From the NCBI RefSeq assembly GCF_004376175.1, contig NZ_SNUY01000009.1:64213-84892 (forward strand): DNA of 20,680 bases. The letters are read 5' to 3'. Of this stretch, positions 1 to 7,829 are shown piece after piece. The notes under the pieces are model-generated. The model ran no database searches, had not been told where the DNA came from, and saw only the letters and a list, made by a program, of their open reading frames with translations. Each line of letters opens with the position of its first letter. Positions within the stretch are counted from its first letter, which is position 1. The translations under genes were made by a program, and so were the position numbers. This DNA is from Halalkalibacterium halodurans. Its GTDB lineage: Bacteria > Bacillota > Bacilli > Bacillales > Bacillaceae_D.

Positions 1-247
1 CTTTCCTAAAGCCGCCTAGTCAATTTTTAAAAAAATAATGGCAATAGGTTTCTTTGTCATGCACATTTTTGAAAATACAATGAAAATAATGAGTGTGCAG
101 GCCATTCCAATCCAATTTCCAGTAATTTTGGTTCATTTCACCCGGAAAATTGTTATTTATTCCGAGACTCTATTAAACAGTTTAAACTGAATACCACAAG
201 GGGAGCCTATGAGGAATAAAGATTCCCTCTATTATTACCGAGAAAGA

Positions 248-1750
248 TTAACTATGCACCAATTCCTTTTCGCTCAGGCCAAGCGCCTCCGCAGTGGACT
301 GGTGAATCTCTTGGAACAGCTCACGGTTTTCCGCAAGTGACACGCCATACGAAGGAACCATTTCTTTGATTTTCGGCTGCCACTCTAGCATATGGTGCGG
401 GAAGCATTTTTCTAATACTTCAAGCATGACGTGGACAGCAGTTGAAGCTCCCGGAGATGCCCCAAGCAATGCAGCAATCGAACCATCCGCGCTACTGACA
501 ACTTCCGTACCAAATTGAAGGGTTCCTTTTCCACCTGCTTCTGTATCTTTAATGACTTGCACCCGTTGGCCTGCGACGACGATATCCCAATCCTCGCTCT
601 TGGCGTTTGGCATGAACTCCCGCAGTTCGGCCATACGCTTTTCCTTTGACAACATCACTTGCTGAATCAAGTATTTGGTTAAGGACATCTCTTTTGCACC
701 TGCCGCCAGCATCGTGAAAACATTATACGGCTTTACAGAACCGATCAAGTCAAAATTGGAGCCCGTTTTTAAGAACTTTGGTGAGAACCCGGCAAATGGC
801 CCAAACAGCAATGATTTTTTGTTATCAATATATCTTGTATCAAGATGCGGTACAGACATAGGTGGGGCGCCTACCTTCGCTTTTCCGTACACCTTCGCAT
901 GATGCTGCTCGACCACTTCCGGGTTATTACAGACCATAAAGAGCCCACTTACCGGGAAGCCGCCGATATTTTTTGATTCAGGAATACCTGTTTTTTGGAG
1001 TAAAGGCAGACTTCCACCCCCTCCGCCAATAAAAACAAAATTGGCCGTATGGTATTCGATCGTACCGCTTTCAATTTCCTGAACTTTCACACTCCACGAG
1101 CCGTCACTCGTACGTTTAATGTCCTTTACACTATGCTTGTAGTGGACTTCTACATTTTGCTCCTTTAAGTGCTCAAACAACATGCGTGTCAAAGCGCCAA
1201 AGTTGACATCGGTCCCCGAGTCAATTTTCGTGGCGGCGATTGGCTCATTGGACGTACGACCTTCCATAACAAGTGGAATCCATTCCTTCAGTTTTTCAGG
1301 GTCATTCGAAAATTCCATCCCTTCAAACAATGGAATGTTTGATAGCGCTTTAAATCTCTTTTTCAGATAAGCAACGTTGTCTTCCCCTTGCACTAAGCTC
1401 ATATGAGGAATAGGCATAATAAAATCTTGCGGATTGGAGATTAAATTTTGGCTTACGAGATAAGCCCAAAACTGTCTTGAAATTTGAAACTGCTCATTAA
1501 TTTTAACCGCCTTGCTAATATCAATGGTTCCGTCCGATTTTTCTGCTGTATAATTAAGTTCGCACAGCGCAGCATGCCCTGTACCCGCATTATTCCATTC
1601 ATTCGAGCTCTCTTCCCCTGCGTTCGCGAGTTTCTCAAACACTTTGATTTCCCATTCGGGTTTTAACTCTTTCAACAATGATCCCAAAGTCGCACTCATA
1701 ATTCCGGCACCAATCAAGATAACGTCTGTTTTGTTCTGTATGCTGCTCAT
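248..1750 (-). CDS. mqo: malate:quinone oxidoreductase (FAD-dependent)
   Basis: 500-aa ORF. The N-terminal dinucleotide-binding motif [15 protein letters not shown] and the block [23 protein letters not shown] are characteristic of Bacillus-type Mqo, and the length matches the family. Confidence 0.93.
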   Translation of the reverse strand: MSSIQNKTDVILIGAGIMSATLGSLLKELKPEWEIKVFEKLANAGEESSNEWNNAGTGHAALCELNYTAEKSDGTIDISKAVKINEQFQISRQFWAYLVSQNLISNPQDFIMPIPHMSLVQGEDNVAYLKKRFKALSNIPLFEGMEFSNDPEKLKEWIPLVMEGRTSNEPIAATKIDSGTDVNFGALTRMLFEHLKEQNVEVHYKHSVKDIKRTSDGSWSVKVQEIESGTIEYHTANFVFIGGGGGSLPLLQKTGIPESKNIGGFPVSGLFMVCNNPEVVEQHHAKVYGKAKVGAPPMSVPHLDTRYIDNKKSLLFGPFAGFSPKFLKTGSNFDLIGSVKPYNVFTMLAAGAKEMSLTKYLIQQVMLSKEKRMAELREFMPNAKSEDWDIVVAGQRVQVIKDTEAGGKGTLQFGTEVVSSADGSIAALLGASPGASTAVHVMLEVLEKCFPHHMLEWQPKIKEMVPSYGVSLAENRELFQEIHQSTAEALGLSEKELVHS

Positions 1751-2118
1751 AGATAACCTTCCTTATCCCCTAGATTTGCAAATAGAATTGTAGACGCTCC
1801 TGCTTAGGTGTCACAAATAGCAGGGCGGCCAGCTAGGAACACTTCTTTTTTGTCTCACTACAATCATACCACAGTCTATTATAAATTTTTATTGTTTATA
1901 ATTTCTACTATTATCTGATAACGATTACCTTTTTGGCTTGTAGGCGTGAAGTCAATTTTCATTAAGTAGCTAGCTAAGGTATCACTGGTAAACATAACAT
2001 TACAAATGGAAAACTGATGGGGGTTTTGCACAACCTTAGGCTCCCTTTTTAACTTCTATTAATGCTAGAGCCACAATTAAAATCTTCTTTAAACGATCTG
2101 ATTTTTATAATTATAAAA

Positions 2119-2127
2119 TGATATAAT
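2119..2127 (+). promoter_or_regulatory. candidate sigma-A extended -10 element (TGaTATAAT) for the MBL lipoprotein operon
   Basis: TG-n-TATAAT lies about 35 nt upstream of the TTG start at 2163. The -35 is weak (CTGATT/TGATTT). Based on sequence pattern only. Confidence 0.3.
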
Positions 2128-2162
2128 CATTATTCGTAGACTAATAGAACGAGGTGCTTTTT

Positions 2163-3050
2163 TTGAAACGATTTCTTTTTTCTTTCTTGTTTGGACTGGT
2201 TCTCTTATCTGGCTGTGATTTTGAGCACGAAATCATCGAGATTCTTGATATGATTGTATCAGAAGATCAAAGCACAGACGTAGTTGCCCCTCCTACTAGT
2301 GGAGAAGCGACAATTACCTTTTTCGATGTAGGCCAAGGGGATAGCACGCTTATTCGCAGTGAAAACTATACGGTACTCGTTGATACAGGACGACATGATA
2401 GTGACGCGATCTTTACTCACTTAGAAAAACAACAAATCGATCAGATCGACCTTTTGATTTTAACTCACCCACATGCCGACCATATCGGGAATGCAGATGA
2501 GATTGTCCGCCTCTACTCACCTGAAGAAGTGTGGATTGACGGTAACGAGGCGACCTCAAAAACATTTGAGAACGTGATTGACGCTTTATTAGATTCTGAG
2601 GCTGAGGTAGTCGAGCCACGAGCTGGGGATGTGTACGAGCGCGGTGATTTTCTTTTTGAAATTGTAAACCCTACGAAGTTGACGGGAGATCTAAATAATG
2701 ATTCCATCGCCTTCCGCTTGACCTATGGAGATGTCCGAGTCGTCATGACAGGAGATGCAGAAGAAGCGGCTGAACAGGAGATGGTCGCCTCAGGCACCGA
2801 CCTTGAAGCCGATATTTTTAAAGTGGCACACCATGGCTCCAGCACTTCCAACCAGCCATTCTTTCTTGATGAAATAGAGCCAACAGTGGCCATCTACTCT
2901 GCAGGTGAGGACAACTCGTACGGCCACCCGCACCGTGAAGTAACATCGCTTTTAAACGAAAGAGGCATCGATATATTTGGGACTGATATTCACGGAACTG
3001 TACTTATCACCACGGACGGTCATACGTACTCGATTCAAACGGAGCATTAA
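2163..3050 (+). CDS. ComEC/Rec2-type metallo-beta-lactamase-fold hydrolase, predicted lipoprotein
   Basis: From the TTG at 2163 the product begins MKRFLFSFLFGLVLLSGC, a signal peptide with an LSGC lipobox. GAGGTG lies 6 nt upstream; the tracked ORF starts 3 codons earlier at GTG 2154. FFDVGQGDSTLI and LILTHPHADHIGN are the MBL motifs seen in the ComEC C-terminal domain, and HHGS is also present. Confidence 0.85.
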   Translation: MKRFLFSFLFGLVLLSGCDFEHEIIEILDMIVSEDQSTDVVAPPTSGEATITFFDVGQGDSTLIRSENYTVLVDTGRHDSDAIFTHLEKQQIDQIDLLILTHPHADHIGNADEIVRLYSPEEVWIDGNEATSKTFENVIDALLDSEAEVVEPRAGDVYERGDFLFEIVNPTKLTGDLNNDSIAFRLTYGDVRVVMTGDAEEAAEQEMVASGTDLEADIFKVAHHGSSTSNQPFFLDEIEPTVAIYSAGEDNSYGHPHREVTSLLNERGIDIFGTDIHGTVLITTDGHTYSIQTEH

Positions 3051-3063
3051 GGAGGGACAAGTC

Positions 3064-3333
3064 ATGCTTTATGACGGTGAACACCGAGCGGTTTTAGATC
3101 GCATTGCCGAAGATCAACAAGCGATTCTTTTAGTTGGGGAGCAGGAAAAAGAGCTCGTGATTCCTAAAGAAGCGCTACCGCCTGCAGCAAAAGAAGGCGA
3201 TCACCTCCTGATCGTTATCGAAAACGACCAGGTTACCTCTGTCAGCATTGATGACGAAGGGACCGCTCAGGCTAAAAGACGAATCAAAGAAAAGATGGCG
3301 CGCCTACGAAATAAGAAGAAGCGAGAACGTTAG
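3064..3333 (+). CDS. small DUF3006-like protein, translationally linked to the MBL hydrolase gene
   Basis: The ATG at 3064 is preceded by GGAGG (3051-3055, 8-nt spacer) directly after the upstream TAA. The 89-aa product MLYDGEHRAVLDRIAEDQ... has a basic KKKRER tail. The family name comes from my memory of the DUF3006/ComEC-like MBL gene pairing in Bacilli. The first 29 codons of the tracked 118-aa ORF overlap the MBL gene and are probably not translated. Confidence 0.6.
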   Translation: MLYDGEHRAVLDRIAEDQQAILLVGEQEKELVIPKEALPPAAKEGDHLLIVIENDQVTSVSIDDEGTAQAKRRIKEKMARLRNKKKRER

Positions 3334-3485
3334 CCTAAGGCATTCGTGTTTTGGGCTATTTTTTTAGCAGTTTTATGCTAACGATGGTCATGACTCGTCA
3401 AAAGTTTTTAGCCTTCACCTTGGTTTAGCTAGGATCTTACCACAACGTTTAATCAGAGTAGATTCAATGAGCCTTCATAACAAAA

Positions 3486-5322
3486 AGGGGCTGTATCAAA
3501 AGCCTTTAGTGGGAAATACCATGGACGCCATCCATAGAGAGGGTGACCATGGTATTTTTTTCCTCTGTTTATGCTGCTTGTTTCTTTTGGTGGCGTTTTC
3601 TCGCCGCCACCTTTCGTATGTTGTGAGCCAGAGCCACCCAGCCGAACTCAACGTGGACTTTTTTCAGCCCCCGCAGGTGGAATCGTTGGAAGCCTAGGTT
3701 TTGTTTGACATGACCAAATACACTCTCCACGTCCGTTTTTCGACGCGAGTAGAGTGTTCGTCCGTCGTTACTTTTCAGTTTGATCGCTTCTTTCGCCTTT
3801 AACTCTTCATACACCGGATTGTAATAGATTTTTCGGTTGCCTTTGGCGGTGGTACAGTCCGCTTTAAACGGGCATCCTTCACAGGACTCACATTCATAGA
3901 TTTTAAAGTCTCGGGTGTAGCCATGTTTATCTGTGCGGCGACTATAGTGGCGAAACGTCACTTTCCGCTGATTCGGGCACCAGTATAGATCGTCTTTCTC
4001 ATCGTACATCCAGTTGTGCGGATGATACGCTTTTTTCGAAAACGATCGTTTCTGTTCCTGTTCATAGGTGTTGTAAGGGATCAACGTGTGCAGGTCTTCC
4101 TGTTCGGTGAGATACATATAATTCGGTTCACTTCCATAGCCGGCGTCCGCAATCAGGTTTTCCGGTAGATGCCGTCCGGTTTCTTTCAAACTCTCCCAAT
4201 GAGGCTTAAGCAACCGGGCATCCGTTGGACTCTGATGAATGGAATAATGGAGAATAAACTGGTCCTGTGTGCCGGCTTGGATATTGTACCCGGCTTTGAG
4301 CTGACCGTTCATCATGTGATCGTCTTTCATGCGCATAAACGTGGCATCCACGTCCGTCTTTGAATAACTATTGCGATCCCCAAATAAATCCATTTGGGTT
4401 TCGTATTTCTCTAGACGCGGGAGATAATCCTTTGTTAACGCTTTATGAAACTGGCGCAGCGATTTGACAGCTTGTTTCTTCCCCTGTTTTTCATCGACCG
4501 TATCGAGAGCTTCGATGGCGTCTTCCTGCGCCTTGAGCTCCTGTTCGACTTGTTGAGCGACTTCTTCCAGGGCTTCTCGGGAGATACGTTCGCGTGGAAA
4601 TGTGTCATCTTTTCGTTTCAGGGAGTCGATATCGAACGCAATGGCGTCTTCAATCGCCTGAAGATTGTCCTCGATTTTCGATTGCAGTTTTTCTTCGTAT
4701 CCCTCAGTCTTTTTGCGCCAGACAAACGTGTACTTGTTGGCATTAGCCTCGATCTTGGTGCCGTCGAGAAAATAGTCCTTTCCATCGACATACCCTTCTT
4801 CTATCAGTAGCTGGACCATCTCCGCATATAAGGCATCCATCACCGGCTTTCAGCGTTCTGAACGAAACCGGTTAATCGTGTTAAAATCGGGCGCTTGGCT
4901 GGCGGAAAGCCACATCATAGGCAAGTGTTCTTTCAGAGCGCCTTCGATGGCACGGGCGGAAAACAGCCCCTGTGTATATCCGTACAAGACGATTTTCGCC
5001 ATCATTTTCGGGTGGTAGGCGGGGCGACCGCCTCCTTTATACACATCAACAAACAGCTGATCGTCCAGGGCATCGATCATGTCGCTCACGATCCGAGCAA
5101 CGTGATCCTCAGGAATTAAATCGGAAAAATCCATAGGAAGATACAGCTGATTCATGGTATAATCTTGGAAAGTGACCGTTTGGTTACTCATAAAAAATCG
5201 CCTTCTTTCGTTAATGTGGTGTGGTAACTTCATTATACCGAAAGAGGCGATTTTTTTGTATGTTTGGCATGAAAAAGGAGCTGTCAAAAGGTCATTTTTT
5301 ATGACCTTTTGATACAGCCTCT
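3486..5322 (-). mobile_element. IS1182-family insertion sequence (~1.83 kb)
   Basis: Terminal inverted repeats: GGCTGTATCAAAAG at 3489-3502 and its exact reverse complement at 5306-5319, extendable to 17 bp with 1 mismatch. They enclose an IS1182-type transposase. The right end also folds into a hairpin (5282-5295 / 5301-5314). No target-site duplication is visible. Confidence 0.85.
3569..5191 (-). pseudogene. IS1182-family transposase interrupted by one in-frame TGA
   Basis: The two tracked ORFs (4850..5287 and 3569..4843) are in the same frame and are separated only by a TGA at 4850-4852 (...NRFRSER*KPVMDALYAEM...). The N-terminal part resembles the InsH-N/DUF772 domain and the C-terminal part is DDE-like (LIADAGYGSE). 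The likely start is ATG 5191 (MSNQTVTFQDY...). Confidence 0.85.
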
Positions 5323-5491
5323 AAATCCGAACGCTGGGAAAAGGAATGATCAACCATCGTTAATACGATTCTTCTAACATTTCCCTCGCTTTTGGTGGAA
5401 TGTCGCTTAACTCTACTTCGTCATACGACGTTACTTCATTCCCATTTTTCAGATAGAGTTAAGGAGTAATCCTCTTTCATCTACACGAACA

Positions 5492-5527
5492 GAAATAGCC
5501 CAAGCGCTATATGCATTGGGCTATTTC
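5492..5527 (-). terminator. perfect 12-bp stem-loop (GAAATAGCCCAA / TTGGGCTATTTC), possible terminator
   Basis: The inverted repeat is read directly from the sequence. On the minus strand it is followed by a T-rich stretch, TGTT. No intact upstream gene is assigned to it. Confidence 0.35.
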
Positions 5528-5791
5528 CTACGACTAGCATTATGGCCCGAACCCCTGATCCCTGAGCCCAGAGCAATAGCCCTTTTGGAGTTCGTGTTCA
5601 CGAGAAGTTACGGATGAACTGTCTATTTAGAGACGGCGGCCGGTACCGTGGCTGATCGGGAGGGGCGGAATTTGACTTATCACGTTCTCGTTTTTTCGCT
5701 AGCTTCTACCTTTAGACTCTGATCCTCCTTGTTTTCACTAACCGCATCTGCTGCCTTTGCGATTTAGAGCTTGGACTCCCACGTCTGACTA

Positions 5792-5822
5792 AATCCCCAA
5801 GCAAACATACTACTTGGGGATT
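5792..5822 (-). terminator. 10-bp stem-loop (AATCCCCAAG / CTTGGGGATT) just after a small ORF
   Basis: Inverted repeat with an 11-nt loop, beginning 5 nt after the stop of the 34-codon ORF at 5828..5932. The U-tract is weak. Confidence 0.3.
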
Positions 5823-5827
5823 AAAGA

Positions 5828-5932
5828 TTATTTCATTAATACTTCCACTGTGAAAGGAAAATTTGTTGCCGTTAGTAAAGTGGCTAAAAGAATTGCAAAA
5901 CATTTCTTGACATTGTGCGTTCTCTTCGTCAT
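5828..5932 (-). CDS. hypothetical 34-aa peptide with a signal-peptide-like sequence (or an N-terminal remnant of a secreted protein)
   Basis: AAGGTGG lies 4 nt upstream of the ATG. The product is MTKRTHNVKKCFAILLATLLTATNFPFTVEVLMK. It is too short for the ORF track and is followed by a hairpin. There is no homology evidence. Confidence 0.25.
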   Translation of the reverse strand: MTKRTHNVKKCFAILLATLLTATNFPFTVEVLMK

Positions 5933-6013
5933 TTTTCCACCTTCACTTTCTATAAGATTCGTATGGATGTTTTGCAAACCTTGCTGAGGGGTTCTCTCAA
6001 AAAAATGACTAGC

Positions 6014-6137
6014 TAGATGAAGGATTGATTGTTAAAGAGATCCGCTCTGTGTGCCGATAGCACCCCCTAATGTTTAAGGCTTGGAAGCCCTTTTATAAAT
6101 TATTAACACATGGCATTTTTTATCGATGTGATTGCTA
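6014..6137 (+). repeat. left copy of a 124-bp direct repeat flanking IS630
   Basis: Identical to 7282-7405 (offset 1268) except for one mismatch (6019 G versus 7287 A). It starts and ends with TA. Confidence 0.95.
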
Positions 6138-6217
6138 TATAAGTTGAATTAAAGGATTACAATTACTCTCTGTTGAAATATAAGGGTAACACTTACCAAT
6201 GAACGGAGAGGAACGAG

Positions 6218-6739
6218 ATGACCCATTCACGTCAACATGAAATCGAAACCTTGCTTACAGCGATGAAAACGACCAAAGATAAACGAATGTATGAACGTTA
6301 TCAAGCGATTTACTTTTATTTACAAGGCTATTCTAAAAAAGAAATCACAACCATGATTGGGCGTTCCGAAAAAACTATCTATAACTATGTGAATGCCTAC
6401 GAAGAAAAGGGACTAGATGGCTTAACCATGGGACAATCACCTGGAGCGCCACGCAAATTAACACCCGAACAAGAACAGGAATTGGCTCAAGTGATTGCGA
6501 CCAAACTTCCCGTAGATGTTGGCTTCCCAGCTAAGTATAATTGGACGTTAAAGATCATTGCTTCATTTATCGAGAAAAAATGGAACCAACCGTATACTCT
6601 TCGTGGTGTCTCTCGACTTTTACACGATTTAGGCCTTAGTTATACCAAACCGACTTATACGCTGGCAAAAGCTGACCCGTTGAAACAAAAAGAGTTTGTG
6701 GAAGAGACGTTCCCTGCCTATAAAAAAACTCTTAAATGA
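6218..6739 (+). CDS. IS630-family transposase, N-terminal HTH part (OrfA)
   Basis: GGAGAGG lies upstream of the ATG. The product has helix-turn-helix/winged-helix-like N-terminal domains typical of IS630/Tc1-mariner transposases. It ends at a TGA 9 nt after an A7 run. Confidence 0.85.
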   Translation: MTHSRQHEIETLLTAMKTTKDKRMYERYQAIYFYLQGYSKKEITTMIGRSEKTIYNYVNAYEEKGLDGLTMGQSPGAPRKLTPEQEQELAQVIATKLPVDVGFPAKYNWTLKIIASFIEKKWNQPYTLRGVSRLLHDLGLSYTKPTYTLAKADPLKQKEFVEETFPAYKKTLK

Positions 6740-7262
6740 GGAGATTGACCATCTTCTCTTTCAAGATGAGTCGATGATTCGGGATTACCAAGCTCTTCAA
6801 TACACATGGTTTTTAAAAGGCAAGCAACGAATCATTCCGACTTATGGAAAGCACCAGGGTGTCAAACTCATCGGTACACTTAATTATGAAACGGGAGATG
6901 TGCTTTGTGTAGAAGAAGAACGATACGATGCCGAAGCGTTTCTTCGTTTTCTTCAAAAGGTATTGAAACACTATCCGACCGGTAAGATTGTCATGGTGTT
7001 AGATAATGCCCGTATTCATCATGCGAAGCTGATTGAACCTTTTTTGCGTAACCACCAACATCGTTTAGAATTGGTTTTTTTACCACCTTACAGCCCTGAG
7101 TTAAATCTCATTGAAGGGTTATGGAAATGGCTCAAATCAGACGTAATTAATAACCTTTTTTATTCCTCTGTTAAAGAGATTCGAAGAAATGTGCAAGCTT
7201 TTATTCGTGAGTTAAATGACTCACCTAGAAAAGTTATTGATCGATTGTGCATTCGATTGTAA
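6696..7262 (+). CDS. IS630-family transposase, DDE catalytic part (OrfB, +1 frame relative to OrfA)
   Basis: The DDE_3-type motifs LFQDES, VLDNARIHH and PPYSPELNLIEGLW are present. There is no independent start or Shine-Dalgarno sequence. The frame overlaps OrfA across the A7 run at 6722-6728. Confidence 0.85.
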   Translation: MWKRRSLPIKKLLNEEIDHLLFQDESMIRDYQALQYTWFLKGKQRIIPTYGKHQGVKLIGTLNYETGDVLCVEEERYDAEAFLRFLQKVLKHYPTGKIVMVLDNARIHHAKLIEPFLRNHQHRLELVFLPPYSPELNLIEGLWKWLKSDVINNLFYSSVKEIRRNVQAFIRELNDSPRKVIDRLCIRL

Positions 7263-7281
7263 AAGATAAATTCAACTTATA

Positions 7282-7405
7282 TAGATAAAGGATTGATTGT
7301 TAAAGAGATCCGCTCTGTGTGCCGATAGCACCCCCTAATGTTTAAGGCTTGGAAGCCCTTTTATAAATTATTAACACATGGCATTTTTTATCGATGTGAT
7401 TGCTA
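7282..7405 (+). repeat. right copy of the 124-bp direct repeat flanking IS630
   Basis: See the left copy at 6014-6137. Confidence 0.95.
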
Positions 7406-7622
7406 GATGGCATGTTGGGCTTAAAAACTATGTGATATAATTCAAAAAGATGGAAAGTTTTTCTTCTATTAAATTCAAGATTATGGTATATTAAGTGAGA
7501 AAATTTAATAGACGGAATCAATAATGTTTAAAAAATCATTGAATAGCATTTACTTCAAAAGAACTTAAAGGATCTTAGTTTCCTTCGAGTTCTTGTTTAT
7601 TTGTTGAAGTGGGGTGAAACAA

Positions 7623-7829
7623 ATGGTAAAGAGAGTCTTAAAATATGCAATAGTAGTTGTATTGGCGATTTTATTCGCTCAATTAATAAGTTATTGTTTT
7701 TTAGATGATATCATTGTTCATTTTACATCTAATTACATTGTTTATATTGGGGTTCGTATATTTTTAGTTGTTGTTTTTTTAATTTTATTTTTGAAGTTAT
7801 TATCTGGTGAAAAGTTCAAGGTACTGTCA
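7623..7829 (+). pseudogene. 5' fragment of a membrane-protein gene truncated by IS256
   Basis: GGGGTG lies 7 nt upstream of ATG 7623. The fragment encodes two hydrophobic segments. The reading frame runs into the IS256 end and stops inside it at 7866-7868. The region is very AT-rich. Confidence 0.5.

Larger units (their letters stand above)
6138..7281 (+). mobile_element. IS630-family insertion sequence (1144 bp) in a CTAG target with TA duplication
   Basis: Terminal inverted repeats: TATAAGTTGAATT at 6138-6150 and its exact reverse complement at 7269-7281, with a further TACAAT match inside. TA is present on both sides (6136-6137 and 7282-7283). The reconstructed target is gCTAGa, the classical IS630 target. 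Confidence 0.9.

Noticed and set aside
1-247. Small hydrophobic minus-strand ORFs downstream of mqo (for example MACTLIIFIVFSKMCMTKKPIAIIFLKID)
   Set aside because: They have no convincing SD, they are very short, and they lie in AT-rich sequence at the window edge.
675-1666. Short ORFs overlapping mqo on either strand (675..902, 1182..1370, 1453..1638, 1484..1666)
   Set aside because: They are embedded in a full-length, strongly conserved mqo reading frame and have no independent signals.
1916-1929. cre-like sequence TGATAACGATTACC upstream of mqo
   Set aside because: It has three mismatches to the WTGNAANCGNWNNCW consensus, including flanking W positions. That is too weak to call CcpA control from sequence alone.
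2977-3063. N-terminal 29 codons of the tracked 118-aa ORF, which overlap the MBL gene
   Set aside because: GGAGG at 3051-3055 followed by ATG 3064 directly after the upstream stop gives a far better start. The upstream part is just an open alternative frame of the MBL gene.
3467-3697. 76-aa plus-strand ORF
   Set aside because: It spans the IS1182 terminal repeat and the antisense of the transposase 3' end, and it has no SD.
5635-5652. T-box-like GGCCGGTACCGTGG motif on the plus strand
   Set aside because: It shares only GGTACCG with the T-box consensus. There is no Stem I/AGAGA/specifier architecture, no proper terminator/antiterminator pair and no downstream plus-strand gene.
5712-5903. 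63-aa minus-strand ORF in the orphan segment
   Set aside because: It has no SD, runs through the 5792-5822 hairpin, and overlaps the better-supported 34-codon ORF in another frame.
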